A stretch of 64,000 nt of DNA. Origin: Patescibacteria group bacterium. GTDB lineage: Bacteria > Patescibacteriota > Patescibacteriia > JAGPKW01. A program made the translations under genes and the position numbers. The notes beneath the pieces were generated by a model, which worked only from the letters and a program-made list of their open reading frames with translations, was not told the DNA's origin and made no database searches. Within the stretch, counting starts at the first letter, position 1. The number at the start of each line of letters is the position of its first letter. Of the stretch, positions 8,734-19,987 are shown piece by piece. The DNA is taken from contig JAIPJN010000001.1 in the NCBI GenBank assembly GCA_021734125.1, forward strand, positions 26,957 to 90,956, in the 5' to 3' direction.

Positions 8734-9399
8734 TTAATTTTTTATTTCCACACCACCAAAAGCTATACTTCCTTTTATATATATTTCATATTCTGTCTCT
8801 TTTTTATTTTTTGTTAAATCTTCAAATCCTCCAAATATTGGAGTATTTTTATATATAACTTTAGTATTCTTAGGTATTAGAATTTCTATTCCAGCAAAAG
8901 CACAATCAATATCTATAACAGCTCCTTCTTTATTTATTTTGCAATCTCTTAAATCAACTTTTACACCACCAAAATAAGAACTTATTCTTCCACTTTTAAA
9001 ATTATTATTTTTTATTTTTTGTGAAGTTCCAGAAAATAATGCTGATGCATCTAAATCTTTTTTTTCTGAATAAAAATATTTATCTTTTTTATTTCTTTTT
9101 TTTGTAATTTTATTATTTTTATGAGAATAGATAATAGAAAAACCAAAAAATATTAATAATAAAGGCCAAAAAAATTCATCTAATTTTTTAAATATATTTA
9201 ATTGGTTTATTTGAATAAAAGAACCTATTATTAATAATATATAACTAAATTTTTTATTTTTATATAAAGTTAATATTCCTGGTATTATTAAAAATAAAGT
9301 TGGCCAAAAAATATTTATAATATTATTAAGGTCTAAATATCCTAAATTTTGTATTAAAAATAATATACCAAATGCAATTAAATAAAATCCAATTATCAT
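8734..9399 (-). CDS. LiaF-like membrane protein with a DUF2154/DUF4097-type C-terminal beta domain
   Basis: N-terminal TM helices, then GGVKVDLRDCKINKEGAVIDIDCAFAGIEILIP...GSIAFGGVEIKN, which resembles the LiaF C-terminal domain. Confidence 0.4.
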   Translation of the reverse strand: MIIGFYLIAFGILFLIQNLGYLDLNNIINIFWPTLFLIIPGILTLYKNKKFSYILLIIGSFIQINQLNIFKKLDEFFWPLLLIFFGFSIIYSHKNNKITKKRNKKDKYFYSEKKDLDASALFSGTSQKIKNNNFKSGRISSYFGGVKVDLRDCKINKEGAVIDIDCAFAGIEILIPKNTKVIYKNTPIFGGFEDLTKNKKETEYEIYIKGSIAFGGVEIKN

Positions 9400-9506
9400 A
9401 TTTATTTTAAGTTATTTTCATTAGTTTAGAATATTATATCATATTTTTATGTTAGAATATAATTATGTTAATAAAAAAATAAAAAAATATAATTTAATTT
9501 TATAAA

Positions 9507-10214
9507 ATGGATATAATAGAAAATTTAATTAAATTAAAAAATCCTGAAAAATCTAAAATTTTACAAAAATTTTTTAAAACAGGAATTGGAGAATATGGAG
9601 AAGGAGATATTTTTTTAGGAATTAAATCTCCCGATTTAAGAAAAATAGCAAAAGAAAATCTAGATTTAGAGTTTGGTAAAATACAAAAATTAATATCTTC
9701 AAAATATCATGAATCAAGACTTTTAGCTGTTATGATTCTAGTTTATAAATATGAAAAAACAAAAAAATTAAAATATAAAAAAGATATTTTTAATTTTTAT
9801 TTAAAAAATATTAAATATATAAATAATTGGGATATTGTTGATATTAGTTGTTATAAAATTGTTGGAAATTATATTTATAACTTTGAACCAGAAAAAGTAA
9901 AAATATTATATAAATTTTCTAATTCTAAAAATCTTTGGGAGAGAAGAATATCTATAGTATCTTTATTTTATTTTATAAAAAATAATAATTTTTCTGATAC
10001 TCTAAAAATTTGTAAAATTTTAATTAATGATAAAGAAGATTTAATAAATAAAGCTTGTGGGTGGATGCTTAGAGAAATAGGAAAAAGAGATATTAAAATT
10101 TTATATGACTTTTTAGATAAATATGCTAATATTATGCCTAGAGTAGAGCTTAGATACTCTATTGAAAAGTTAGAGAAACAAAATAGATTAAAATATTTAA
10201 ATAAAAAATGTTAA
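9507..10214 (+). CDS. DNA alkylation repair protein (AlkC/AlkD-like HEAT-repeat glycosylase family)
   Basis: Family-typical motifs NLWERRISIVSLFYF and KACGWMLREIGKRD. Confidence 0.55.
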   Translation: MDIIENLIKLKNPEKSKILQKFFKTGIGEYGEGDIFLGIKSPDLRKIAKENLDLEFGKIQKLISSKYHESRLLAVMILVYKYEKTKKLKYKKDIFNFYLKNIKYINNWDIVDISCYKIVGNYIYNFEPEKVKILYKFSNSKNLWERRISIVSLFYFIKNNNFSDTLKICKILINDKEDLINKACGWMLREIGKRDIKILYDFLDKYANIMPRVELRYSIEKLEKQNRLKYLNKKC

Positions 10215-11464
10215 CAAATATTATTTTAATTTTTACGATCTTATTATTTGCTTTTTTATATTTTAAATACTCTAAAATAACTCTTTTATTTTTTGTATCA
10301 ATTTTACCGTCTTATCTTTTAAGATTTTCTTTTTTTAATTTTCCTACCACTTTTTTAGAAATAGTTTTTTTAGGAATTTTTTTAGGATTTATAATTAAAT
10401 GGTTTTTTTATAGGTTTGATGTACGAACTGGAGGCTGGTCTATTTTTATTGTTTTATTATTTTTAATTTCAATAATACAAATAAAAATTTCACCAGATTC
10501 TTTTTCTGCATTAGGAATTTGGAGAGCATATTTTTTAGAGCCTATAATATTTTTTATTATTTCCCTATCAACTTTTGAATATAAAGATTTTGAAAAAATA
10601 ATTAATTCTTTGGGAATAACTGCTTTTTTAATTTCTATTTATTCTATATTTCAAAAAATTACAGGGATTGGAATATCTAATATAGATAGTTCTTGGGTTA
10701 TTTCTGAAACTAGAAGGGTAACTAGTTTATTCCCCTATCCAAATGCTTTAGCTTTATTTTTAGTACCTATTTCAATTTTATTTTTTGGAATGTTTATAAA
10801 AAAAATAAAAGAAAAAAAATATTTCAATTCTTTTATTTATTTTTTTATTTTTATAATAAGTTTTTTATCTGTGTTTTTTGCAAAAAGTGATGCAGGAATT
10901 ATTTCTATAATTATATCTTTATTATTATTCCCTGTTTTTTATTTTAAAAAAGGATTTAATTTATTATTTTTATATATTCCTATTTTAACCTCACTATTTA
11001 TAATACAAAATCCTATAAAAGAAAAAATAAATTTTCAAGATTATTCAGGAAGTATAAGAATAGAAATGTGGGAAGAAACAAAAGAAATGTTAAATGATAA
11101 TTTTATTTTCGGATCAGGAATAAATGGATATCAGAAAATTATGGAAAAATATCATGAAAATGATTATTTTGAAATATATTTATATCCTCATAATTTATTT
11201 TTAAATTTTTGGGTTGAAATAGGTTTATTTGGTTTGATTATTTTTATGTTTATATTTTTTAAATTTTTTAAAAATTGTTATAAATATAAAAAGAATAAAG
11301 ACTATTCTATTTTTTTAAGTCTTTCTTTAGTTTCTATAATAATACACGGGCTTGTTGACGTTCCTTATTTTAAAAATGATTTATCTATGCTATTTTGGAT
11401 TATTATTATGCTTTCTTGTCTTTTAGATTTGAAAAAAAATGTTTTATTATATACAAATCAATAA
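10208..11464 (+). CDS. Polytopic membrane protein, O-antigen ligase/polymerase-like (Wzy_C-type)
   Basis: About 10 TM helices with a large loop in the second half. Assigned from topology only. Confidence 0.35.
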   Translation: MLTNIILIFTILLFAFLYFKYSKITLLFFVSILPSYLLRFSFFNFPTTFLEIVFLGIFLGFIIKWFFYRFDVRTGGWSIFIVLLFLISIIQIKISPDSFSALGIWRAYFLEPIIFFIISLSTFEYKDFEKIINSLGITAFLISIYSIFQKITGIGISNIDSSWVISETRRVTSLFPYPNALALFLVPISILFFGMFIKKIKEKKYFNSFIYFFIFIISFLSVFFAKSDAGIISIIISLLLFPVFYFKKGFNLLFLYIPILTSLFIIQNPIKEKINFQDYSGSIRIEMWEETKEMLNDNFIFGSGINGYQKIMEKYHENDYFEIYLYPHNLFLNFWVEIGLFGLIIFMFIFFKFFKNCYKYKKNKDYSIFLSLSLVSIIIHGLVDVPYFKNDLSMLFWIIIMLSCLLDLKKNVLLYTNQ

Positions 11465-11514
11465 AAATTTTATAAAATACATCTTAAGGTTAAATTTCTT
11501 TAATTATTTACTTT

Positions 11515-14148
11515 ATGGATAAAACATACGAATCAAAAAAATACGAAAAAAATATTTATTTATCTTGGGAAAAAAATAATTTTTTCAAACCAAAAAGTAA
11601 CGAAAATAATGATTTTTTTTCTATAATATTACCTCCTCCAAATGTTACTGGAGCTCTTCATCTTGGTCATGCTGCCATGATAGCTATTGAAGATATTATT
11701 GTTAGATTTAAAAGAATGAATTCTTTTGAAACTTTATGGCTTCCAGGAACTGATCATGCAGCTATTGCTACTCAAAATGTAGTTGAAAAAAAACTTAAAT
11801 TAGAAAATAAAAAAATTAAAGATTTAACAAGAGATGAATTTATAAAGGAATGTTATAAATGGACTGAAGAATATCATGATAAAATTGTTTCTCAAATTAA
11901 AGTAATGGGTGGAAGTTTAGATTGGTCAAGAGAAAGATTTACTATGGATGAACATTCTTCAAAAGCTGTTTATGAATTTTTTGAAAGAATGTATAATGAC
12001 GGCTTAATATACAAAGGAGCAAGAATGGTTAACTGGTGTCCTAGATGTATGTCTACCCTATCAGATGATGAAGTTGAACATAAAAATATTAAAGGAAATT
12101 TTTATTATATAAAATATAAGATAAAAGATTCTGAAGATTTTTTAGAAATTGCTACTACAAGACCTGAAACTATGTTTGGAGATACTGCTATTGCTGTTTC
12201 TCCTAAAGATGATAGATATAAAGATTTTATTGGTAAAACTGCTATTTTACCTATTTTAGGAAGAGAATTAAAAATTATAGCTGATGAATATGTTTCTTTA
12301 GATATAGGAACTGGAGCATTAAAAATAACTCCAGCTCATGATCCTAATGATTATGAAATAGGAAAAAAACATAATTTAGAATTTATAAATATTTTTGATA
12401 AAAATGGAAATTTGAATGAAAATGCAGGAAGAGATTTTAAAGGAATGCAAAGAGAAGAAGCTAGAGAAAAAATTATAAAATTATTAGAAAAAAATGGTGA
12501 TTTATTAAAAACAGAGAAAATGGAACACTCTGTAGGAACTTGTTATAGATGTTCTTCTTTAGTTGAACCTTCTATTTCTGAACAGTGGTTTGTTGATGTT
12601 AATAAAAAAATTAAAAATAGAGAAAATAAAAGTTTAAAAGAGTTGATGAAAGAAGCTGTAGAAAATAAAGAAATAGAAATAATACCGAAAAGGTTTGAAA
12701 AAAATTATTTTATGTGGATTGATAATCTTAAAGATTGGTGTATTTCCAGACAGATTATTTGGGGTCATAGGCTACCTGTTTATTACTGTTTAGATTGTGG
12801 AGAAATTATAGTTTCTCAAGAAAAAGTTAAAGAATGTAAATCTTGTAAGTCTAAAAATATAAAACAAGATAAAGACACTTTAGATACTTGGTTTAGTTCT
12901 GCTCTCTGGCCTTTTTCAACAATGGGTTGGCCAGATAATGATAGAGGTTTAGATTTTGAAAAATTTTTTCCTAATACATTGCTTGAAACTGGTTATGATA
13001 TATTATTTTTTTGGGTTGCAAGAATGATACTTGCTAGTAAATATTTATTTGGATTTTCTCCTTTTAAAAAAGTTTACTTACATGGGCTAGTATGTGATAA
13101 AAATAGTAAAAAAATGAGTAAATCTAAAGGAAATGGTATAGATCCTATAAATATGGTTGAAAAATATGGTGCTGATGCAGTTAGAATGAGTTTAATTAGC
13201 GGAACTACTCCTGGAAATAATATAAATCTTTATGAAGAGAAAATAGAAGGTTATAGGAATTTTATAAATAAATTATGGAATATTTTTAGATTTATATATG
13301 ATTTTGAAAATATTTTTTCTGATGTAAAAATTAATGAAATGGACAAATTAGAAAATACGTATGATATCGAAAATATAGAGAGTCTTGCTGATAAGTGGAT
13401 TATTACTAGATTAAATAATGTTATTTCACAAGTAACCAAAAAAATTAATAATTATAAATTTGGAGAAGCGTCTGATATTTTATATGACTTTGTTTGGAAG
13501 GATTTTGCATCTTGGTATATAGAAATTTATAAATTAGATAATTATCTAAATAATAAAGAATTATTAAGATATGTTACTGTAAATATTTTAAAATTATTAC
13601 ATCCTTTTTCTCCATTTATAACAGAAAATTTATGGCAAAATATTTTTAATAATTATTTAATCTCTTCATCTTGGCCATCTTTAAATAAAAATATATATAA
13701 AGAATCTGAAAAAGATTTTAATATATTAAAAAATATTATTTCTTCTATAAGAAATACAAAAAATCAAATAAAAATAAATAAAAAATTAAATATTTTATTT
13801 TTAGAAAATAAAGATATAAATACTATAAAAGATAATTTAGAAATAATAAAAAGTTTATCTGGTTTGGAAAAAATAGAATTTATAAAAAGTATTCCTGAAA
13901 ATATTAATGATTATATTAAGGTAGTATCTTCTAATTTTGTAATGTTTTTAGAAATTGGTTTCTCTGATATAGAAAAGATAAAAAAAGAAAGAGAAAAAGA
14001 AATAAAAATAATAAAAAATTCTATAAAAAATATAGAAAATAAATTAAATAATAAAAATTTTATTTTAAAAGCACCTGAAGAAATAATAAATAAAGAAAAA
14101 GAAAAATATAATTATTTAAATGAAAAATTAAATAAAATATTAAATTAA
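11515..14148 (+). CDS. valS: Valyl-tRNA synthetase
   Basis: HIGH motif PPPNVTGALHLGHA, KMSKS motif KMSKSKGN, and a C-terminal coiled-coil. Confidence 0.9.
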   Translation: MDKTYESKKYEKNIYLSWEKNNFFKPKSNENNDFFSIILPPPNVTGALHLGHAAMIAIEDIIVRFKRMNSFETLWLPGTDHAAIATQNVVEKKLKLENKKIKDLTRDEFIKECYKWTEEYHDKIVSQIKVMGGSLDWSRERFTMDEHSSKAVYEFFERMYNDGLIYKGARMVNWCPRCMSTLSDDEVEHKNIKGNFYYIKYKIKDSEDFLEIATTRPETMFGDTAIAVSPKDDRYKDFIGKTAILPILGRELKIIADEYVSLDIGTGALKITPAHDPNDYEIGKKHNLEFINIFDKNGNLNENAGRDFKGMQREEAREKIIKLLEKNGDLLKTEKMEHSVGTCYRCSSLVEPSISEQWFVDVNKKIKNRENKSLKELMKEAVENKEIEIIPKRFEKNYFMWIDNLKDWCISRQIIWGHRLPVYYCLDCGEIIVSQEKVKECKSCKSKNIKQDKDTLDTWFSSALWPFSTMGWPDNDRGLDFEKFFPNTLLETGYDILFFWVARMILASKYLFGFSPFKKVYLHGLVCDKNSKKMSKSKGNGIDPINMVEKYGADAVRMSLISGTTPGNNINLYEEKIEGYRNFINKLWNIFRFIYDFENIFSDVKINEMDKLENTYDIENIESLADKWIITRLNNVISQVTKKINNYKFGEASDILYDFVWKDFASWYIEIYKLDNYLNNKELLRYVTVNILKLLHPFSPFITENLWQNIFNNYLISSSWPSLNKNIYKESEKDFNILKNIISSIRNTKNQIKINKKLNILFLENKDINTIKDNLEIIKSLSGLEKIEFIKSIPENINDYIKVVSSNFVMFLEIGFSDIEKIKKEREKEIKIIKNSIKNIENKLNNKNFILKAPEEIINKEKEKYNYLNEKLNKILN

Positions 14149-14371
14149 AGTTATTAACAAGTCTTATTATTTACTTGTATTAGCTATAAAAAATTATTTG
14201 ATATATATTATTATTTTTTATATAATATTTTTAAAACAAGGATTAAATTTGAGGGTTATTTAAAAAAAGGTTTCTATATTTTTTCTTATATTATCAAAAC
14301 AAAATTAAAAAAATTGTTTTAGAAAATTATATTTTCCTAAAATTACTCTCTAATATTAATTCTTAGTTATT

Positions 14372-14408
14372 AAAAAAGAAAGCTTTTTTATAAGCTTTCT
14401 TTTTTTTA
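14372..14408. terminator. Bidirectional intrinsic terminator between the convergent valS and uvrA
   Basis: Perfect 10-bp stem AAGAAAGCTT/AAGCTTTCTT flanked by an A-run and a T-run. Confidence 0.6.
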
Positions 14409-14417
14409 TTTATATTA

Positions 14418-17264
14418 TTAAATTATTTTACTTAAATAATTTCCAGTATAAGATTTTTTATTTTTTACTATTTCTTCTGGACTTCCTTCTGCTATTATAT
14501 TTCCGCCTAAATCTCCCCCATCAGGACCTAGATCAATTATCCAATCTGCTGTTTTAATTATATCTAAATTATGTTCTATTACTATTACAGAATTTCCTTT
14601 ATCTACTAATTTATGTAAAATTTTTAATAATTTATTAATATCTTCAAAATGTAATCCTGTTGTTGGCTCATCTAATAAATATAATGTTTTTGTTGTAGAT
14701 TTTTTAGATAATTCTGTTGCTAATTTTATCCTTTGAGCCTCACCCCCAGAAAGAGTAGTTGCTGATTGTCCTAATTTTATATATCCCAAACCAACTTCTT
14801 TTAATATTTTTAATTTTCTTTCTATAGGAGCTAAATCTTTAAAAAATAAATAAGCTTCATCTATTGTCATATCTAATACATCAGAAATATTTTTATTTTT
14901 GTAATGAACTTCTAAAGTAGCTTCATTATATCTTTTTCCTTTACATTTATCACATTCAATATAAACATCAGGTAAAAATTGCATTTCTATTTTTAAATAT
15001 CCATCTCCTTTACATTTTTCACATCTTCCACCATTAACATTAAAACTAAATCTACCACTTTTATACCCTTTAATTTTTGATTCTTTAGTATTGGCAAATA
15101 TATCTCTAATATTTGAAAATATTCCAGTATAGGTCGCTGGATTAGACCTGGGTGTTCTACCTATTGGTGATTGATCTATATTAATTATTTTATCAACATT
15201 TTCTATTCCATTAATTTTTTGATGCTTTCCTGGAATAGCTTTTGCTCTGTAAAATTTTTTTAATAATGCTTTTGCTAAAATATCTATCATTATTGTTGAT
15301 TTTCCAGAACCAGAAACTCCTGTAAAACAAACAAATTTCTCAAGAGGAATTTTTATATCTAAATTTTTTAAATTATGTTCTTCGGCTTTTATAATTTCTA
15401 TAAATTTATTAGTTTTTCCTCTTCTTTTTTTAGGAATTTCTATTTTTTTTCTATTAAATAGATAGTCTGAGGTTAAAGAATTTTCACATTTTTTAAAATC
15501 AGAAAAATTACCTTCATACATTAAGTAACCACCATTTTTACCTGCTTTTGGACCTATATCTATAAAATAATCTGCTGACTTTATAACTTCTTCATCATGC
15601 TCTACAACTATAACTGTGTTACCTATATCCCTTAAATCTATTAAACTTTTTATAAGTCTATCATTATCTTTTTGATGAAGTCCTATTGTAGGTTCATCTA
15701 AAACATAAATAACGCCTGTTAATTTTGATCCTATTTGGGTAGCTAATCTTATTCTTTGAATTTCCCCACCAGAAAGGGTAACTGCACTTCTATCTAGTGT
15801 CATATAATCCAATCCTACATTATTTAAAAAATTTAATCTGTCTAAAATTTCAGAAATTAATTTTTCAGATATTTTAGTTTCTGTTTTATTTAATTTATCT
15901 TTTAATTCTTCAAAAAATAAAATGGCTTTTTTTGTATTCATTTCAGTAACTTCTATAATATTTTTTGAATTTAATAAAACTGATAAAGATTCTTTTCTTA
16001 ATTTCTTCCCATTACATAAAGGACATCTATCAATCCTCATATATTTTTCTATATCTTTTCTAGAATATTCTGATGAAGTTTCCTTATATCTTCTTTCCAT
16101 ATTAGGAATAACTCCTTCAAAGGAGGTATGATAACCATTAACTTTATATAATTTATCTTTTACTCCATATAAAATTTTATCTAAATCTTTTTCGGAAATT
16201 TTAGAAATTGGAATATTTAAATTAATTTTTTCTTCTTTTGCAACTTCTTGTAATAATCTATAATACCAACCTTCTCCTGATATAATTTTTTGCCAAGGAA
16301 CTATTGCTCCTTCTAATATACTTAATTTTTTATTTGGCATAATCAGGTCTTTATCTATTTCTTGTAAATATCCAAGACCATTGCATTTAGGACAAGCCCC
16401 AAATGGACTATTAAAAGAAAAACTTCTTGCTGTAATTTCAGAAAAATTAAAATCACATTCTGGACATGCAAAATTTTTACTAAAAAATACATCTTTATTT
16501 TCTTCTGTAAAATTTATTATTATTACACCATCACCTAATTCTAACGCAGTTTCTACTGAATTTCTTATTCTTTCTTTTTCTTCTTTTTCTTCTTCTTTAG
16601 TTATATTTTCTTCTAATATTAATCTATCTATAACTATCTCTAAAAAATGTTTTTTATTTTTTTCTATATTTATATTTAATGCTTCTTCTATATCATAAAT
16701 TACAGAATCTATTCTTACTCTTACATATCCTTCTTTTTTTATTTTTTCTAAAGTACCTCTATATTCACCTTTTTTTCCTCTTATTATAGGGGCTAAGATT
16801 AAAAATTTTTTATTTTTTTCTATTTTTAAAATTTTATTAATAATTTCATCTGTTGTTTGCTTTTTTACTGGTTTATTATCATTTGGACAATAAGGAATAC
16901 CTATACTAGCCCATAAAACTCTCATATAATCATATATTTCTGTAACAGTTCCTACTGTTGATCTAGGGTTTTTAGATATGCTTCTTTGATTTATAGCAAT
17001 TGTAGGAGAAAGTCCTTCTATTGAATCTACATCAGGTTTATCTTGTATGCCTAAAAATTGCCTTGCATAAGATGAAAGACTATCTATATATCTCCTTCTA
17101 CCTTCAACATATATAGTATCAAAAACTAGTGAAGATTTCCCTGATCCAGAGAGTCCAGTAACTACTGTTAATTTATTTTTTGGTACAGTTACAGAGATAT
17201 TTTTTAAATTATGAACTCTAGCATTTTTTATTTTGATAATTTCTTTATTTAATTCAAGAGGCAT
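14418..17264 (-). CDS. uvrA: Excinuclease ABC subunit A
   Basis: 948 aa. Two ABC ATPase modules ([19 protein letters not shown]), Zn-finger cysteine clusters, and two LSGGE signatures. Confidence 0.9.
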   Translation of the reverse strand: MPLELNKEIIKIKNARVHNLKNISVTVPKNKLTVVTGLSGSGKSSLVFDTIYVEGRRRYIDSLSSYARQFLGIQDKPDVDSIEGLSPTIAINQRSISKNPRSTVGTVTEIYDYMRVLWASIGIPYCPNDNKPVKKQTTDEIINKILKIEKNKKFLILAPIIRGKKGEYRGTLEKIKKEGYVRVRIDSVIYDIEEALNINIEKNKKHFLEIVIDRLILEENITKEEEKEEKERIRNSVETALELGDGVIIINFTEENKDVFFSKNFACPECDFNFSEITARSFSFNSPFGACPKCNGLGYLQEIDKDLIMPNKKLSILEGAIVPWQKIISGEGWYYRLLQEVAKEEKINLNIPISKISEKDLDKILYGVKDKLYKVNGYHTSFEGVIPNMERRYKETSSEYSRKDIEKYMRIDRCPLCNGKKLRKESLSVLLNSKNIIEVTEMNTKKAILFFEELKDKLNKTETKISEKLISEILDRLNFLNNVGLDYMTLDRSAVTLSGGEIQRIRLATQIGSKLTGVIYVLDEPTIGLHQKDNDRLIKSLIDLRDIGNTVIVVEHDEEVIKSADYFIDIGPKAGKNGGYLMYEGNFSDFKKCENSLTSDYLFNRKKIEIPKKRRGKTNKFIEIIKAEEHNLKNLDIKIPLEKFVCFTGVSGSGKSTIMIDILAKALLKKFYRAKAIPGKHQKINGIENVDKIINIDQSPIGRTPRSNPATYTGIFSNIRDIFANTKESKIKGYKSGRFSFNVNGGRCEKCKGDGYLKIEMQFLPDVYIECDKCKGKRYNEATLEVHYKNKNISDVLDMTIDEAYLFFKDLAPIERKLKILKEVGLGYIKLGQSATTLSGGEAQRIKLATELSKKSTTKTLYLLDEPTTGLHFEDINKLLKILHKLVDKGNSVIVIEHNLDIIKTADWIIDLGPDGGDLGGNIIAEGSPEEIVKNKKSYTGNYLSKII

Positions 17265-17387
17265 AATATTTATTTATGTATAGTTTGACTATTATACATG
17301 ATTTTAGATAAATTATCAATAATGATATGCAATGTTTATATATTTGAAAAATAATTTTAATAATTAAATAAAAAACATTTTAGTTAG

Positions 17388-17412
17388 GGCCAGCGATCGC
17401 TGGCCCCTACAA
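17388..17412. repeat. GC-rich perfect palindrome GGGCCAGCGATCGCTGGCCC followed by CTACAA. The nth stop codon lies inside the tail.
   Basis: Perfect 20-nt palindrome. On the minus strand it reads TGTAGGGGCCAGCG..., and the TAG in that string is the nth stop (17407-17409). Confidence 0.85.
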
Positions 17413-18045
17413 ATTATTATTTTTATAATAATTACATAGCTCTTTTAATGAACATTTTCTACATTTTGGATTTTTAACACACTTATCTCTTCCTAAACCT
17501 ATAATTAGGTTAGTATAATTACCCCAATATTTTTTCGGTAATATATTTTTTAAATATTTTTCTATAATTATTGGATTTTTTGTTTTTACAAAACCTAATC
17601 TATTATTAATTCTTATCATGTGAGTATCAATAGCTACCCCCTCATTAATATTGTGAGCTTTATTTAAAACTACATTTGCAGTTTTTCTTCCAACTCCATT
17701 TAATTTCATTAAATCTGTTATATTGTCTGGAATTTTAGAATTAAATTCTTTTTTTAATTTTTGACAAGTATTTTTTATATTTTTTGCTTTTGTTTTATAT
17801 AAACCTATACTTCTTATATCATTTTCTAATTCAGTTATATCAACTTTAATATAATCATCTATTATTTTATACTTTTTAAATAAATTTTCTGTAACTTTAT
17901 TAACTTGTTTGTCTGTTGTTTGAGCAGATAAAATTACCGAAATTAATAATTCTAAATTATTATTATAATTTAAAATTACAATTTTATTATTGTATATTTC
18001 ATATAAAATTTTATATATTTTAATAATTTTTTCTGAATTTTTCAT
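17407..18045 (-). CDS. nth: Endonuclease III
   Basis: HhH-GPD motif LNGVGRKTANVVL and the C-terminal Fe-S cluster CxxxxxxCxxCxxxxxC. Confidence 0.8.
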   Translation of the reverse strand: MKNSEKIIKIYKILYEIYNNKIVILNYNNNLELLISVILSAQTTDKQVNKVTENLFKKYKIIDDYIKVDITELENDIRSIGLYKTKAKNIKNTCQKLKKEFNSKIPDNITDLMKLNGVGRKTANVVLNKAHNINEGVAIDTHMIRINNRLGFVKTKNPIIIEKYLKNILPKKYWGNYTNLIIGLGRDKCVKNPKCRKCSLKELCNYYKNNNL

Positions 18046-18210
18046 ACCTTATTTTAGATAAAAAATATGTTCTACAACTTGTTCTATATAAGTACTTTTA
18101 TTTAAAAAATATCTTAAATAATACATTACACTAACTTCTTTAAATTTGCAATTTTTATCATTTTATTATATAATTTTTTCTATATAATAAGTAATTATAA
18201 ATATTGAAAA

Positions 18211-18492
18211 ATGCCTAATAAAAAATCTGCTATTAAAGATTTGAAACAAAACGCAAAAAGAAAGTTAGTAAATGATTCTGTTTTACATCAATTAAAAGAT
18301 GTTTTAAGAAAAGTTAGAAAATCTATAGAAGATGGAGCGTCTAAAACTGAATTAGATAAATTATATAAAGAAGCTCAAAAAGTATTAGATAAAGCTTCAA
18401 AAAATAATGTAATTAAAAAAAATACTGCTTCCAGAAAAAAAAGTTCACTCGCCTCTTCTATTTCTGAATCTCAAAAAAAATCTAAAAAATAA
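18211..18492 (+). CDS. rpsT: 30S ribosomal protein S20
   Basis: Basic 93-aa protein. N-terminus MPNKKSAIKDLKQNAKRK matches the bS20 pattern. Confidence 0.6.
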   Translation: MPNKKSAIKDLKQNAKRKLVNDSVLHQLKDVLRKVRKSIEDGASKTELDKLYKEAQKVLDKASKNNVIKKNTASRKKSSLASSISESQKKSKK

Positions 18493-18500
18493 AATATAAA

Positions 18501-18530
18501 ATAAGCTTTCTTTTGAAGAGAGCTTATTTT
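18501..18530 (+). terminator. Intrinsic terminator after rpsT
   Basis: ATAAGCT...AGCTTAT stem followed by TTTTT. Confidence 0.5.
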
Positions 18531-18543
18531 TAATGTTTAAAAT

Positions 18544-19620
18544 ATGTCTTTTTCTATAGGAATAGTTGGATTACCTAATGTTGGTAAATCTACAATATTC
18601 AAAGCATTAACTAAAAAAAATATTGATATAGCAAATTATCCTTTTTGCACTATTGATCCTAATATAGGTATTGTTGAAATACCTGATTCTAGATTAAAAA
18701 AACTATCCGAAATTTCAAAATCCAAAAAAATCATACCAACTGTTATAGAATTTTTTGATATTGCAGGGCTTGTTAAAGGTGCATCAAAAGGTGAAGGTTT
18801 GGGTAATAAATTTTTATCTAATATAAAACAAGTTGACGCTATTTGTCATGTTGTTAGATTTTTTGATGGAGATACTACTCATGTTTCTGGTGAAAAAGAC
18901 CCAAAAAGAGATGCTGATGTTATAAATTTAGAACTTATATTATCTGATCTAGAATTAATAAATAAAAGATTACAAGCAGAAATAAAAAATTCTAAAAGTG
19001 GTAATAAAGAGGTACTTTTTAGAATTCAAGTGTATAAAAAAATTAAAGATATATTAGAAAATGAAGAAATGTTAAATAGACATAAAAATGATTTTAGTGA
19101 AGATGAATTAAAAGAAATAAATCTTCTTAATTTACTTACTATAAAACCTATGTTTTTTGTTGCTAATATTTCTGAAGATATGATAGGAAAAGAATTAGCT
19201 ATAGAAGGTTATGATTATAAAATATTCCCTATTTCTGCAAAAATAGAATCAGAAATTTCCGAAATAGAAAATGAAGAAGAAAAAAATATATTTTTAGAAG
19301 AATTAGGTTTAAAAGAATCAGGTTTATCTAGAATAATAAAATTTTCTTATGATTTATTAAATCTTATAACTTATTTTACATCTGGAGAACAAGAAACAAG
19401 AGCTTGGACTATAGAAAATGGAATAAATGCAAAAAAATCTGCTTCTAAAATTCATTCTGATATTGAAGAAGGGTTTATAAGAGCAGAAATTGTATCTTAT
19501 AAAGATTTTGTAAATAATGACGGATGGAGTGGAGTTAAAAATGCTGGAGTATGCAGAACTGAAGGTAAAGATTATATTGTAAAAGATGGAGATGTTATAT
19601 TTTTCTTATTTAAAAAATAA
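18544..19620 (+). CDS. ychF: Ribosome-binding ATPase YchF (Obg-like)
   Basis: G1 motif GIVGLPNVGKST and a C-terminal TGS-like domain. Confidence 0.85.
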   Translation: MSFSIGIVGLPNVGKSTIFKALTKKNIDIANYPFCTIDPNIGIVEIPDSRLKKLSEISKSKKIIPTVIEFFDIAGLVKGASKGEGLGNKFLSNIKQVDAICHVVRFFDGDTTHVSGEKDPKRDADVINLELILSDLELINKRLQAEIKNSKSGNKEVLFRIQVYKKIKDILENEEMLNRHKNDFSEDELKEINLLNLLTIKPMFFVANISEDMIGKELAIEGYDYKIFPISAKIESEISEIENEEEKNIFLEELGLKESGLSRIIKFSYDLLNLITYFTSGEQETRAWTIENGINAKKSASKIHSDIEEGFIRAEIVSYKDFVNNDGWSGVKNAGVCRTEGKDYIVKDGDVIFFLFKK

Positions 19621-19986
19621 GATATAAAATTTAGGACCAAAAACTATAGCCCCTATAATAATAGAATAAATGGATGCTAATAATACTGCCCCTGCAGATG
19701 AATCTTTTGATATCATAAAACCTCTTTTAAATTCTTTTGTATAACCATTTATACTTTCTTCTATTGCTGTATTTATTAATTCTGTTATTAAAACAATAAA
19801 AATAGCAGATATAACAAACATTAACTCTATTGAGCTTATTCTAAAATAAGTTGCTAAAAAACAAACTAAAAAACTGATTATTATATGGGTTACAAAGCTA
19901 GTATGTCTAGTTACTGCTAACTTTATACCATTTATTGCATACCCAAATTTTTTTAATAATTTATAAAGCCTTTTATTTTTGTTCAT
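19606..19986 (-). CDS. dgkA: Diacylglycerol/undecaprenol kinase, DgkA family
   Basis: 126 aa with 3 TM helices and the motif ELINTAIEESINGYTKEF...DSSAGAVL. Confidence 0.6.
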   Translation of the reverse strand: MNKNKRLYKLLKKFGYAINGIKLAVTRHTSFVTHIIISFLVCFLATYFRISSIELMFVISAIFIVLITELINTAIEESINGYTKEFKRGFMISKDSSAGAVLLASIYSIIIGAIVFGPKFYILFFK

Positions 19987-19987
19987 T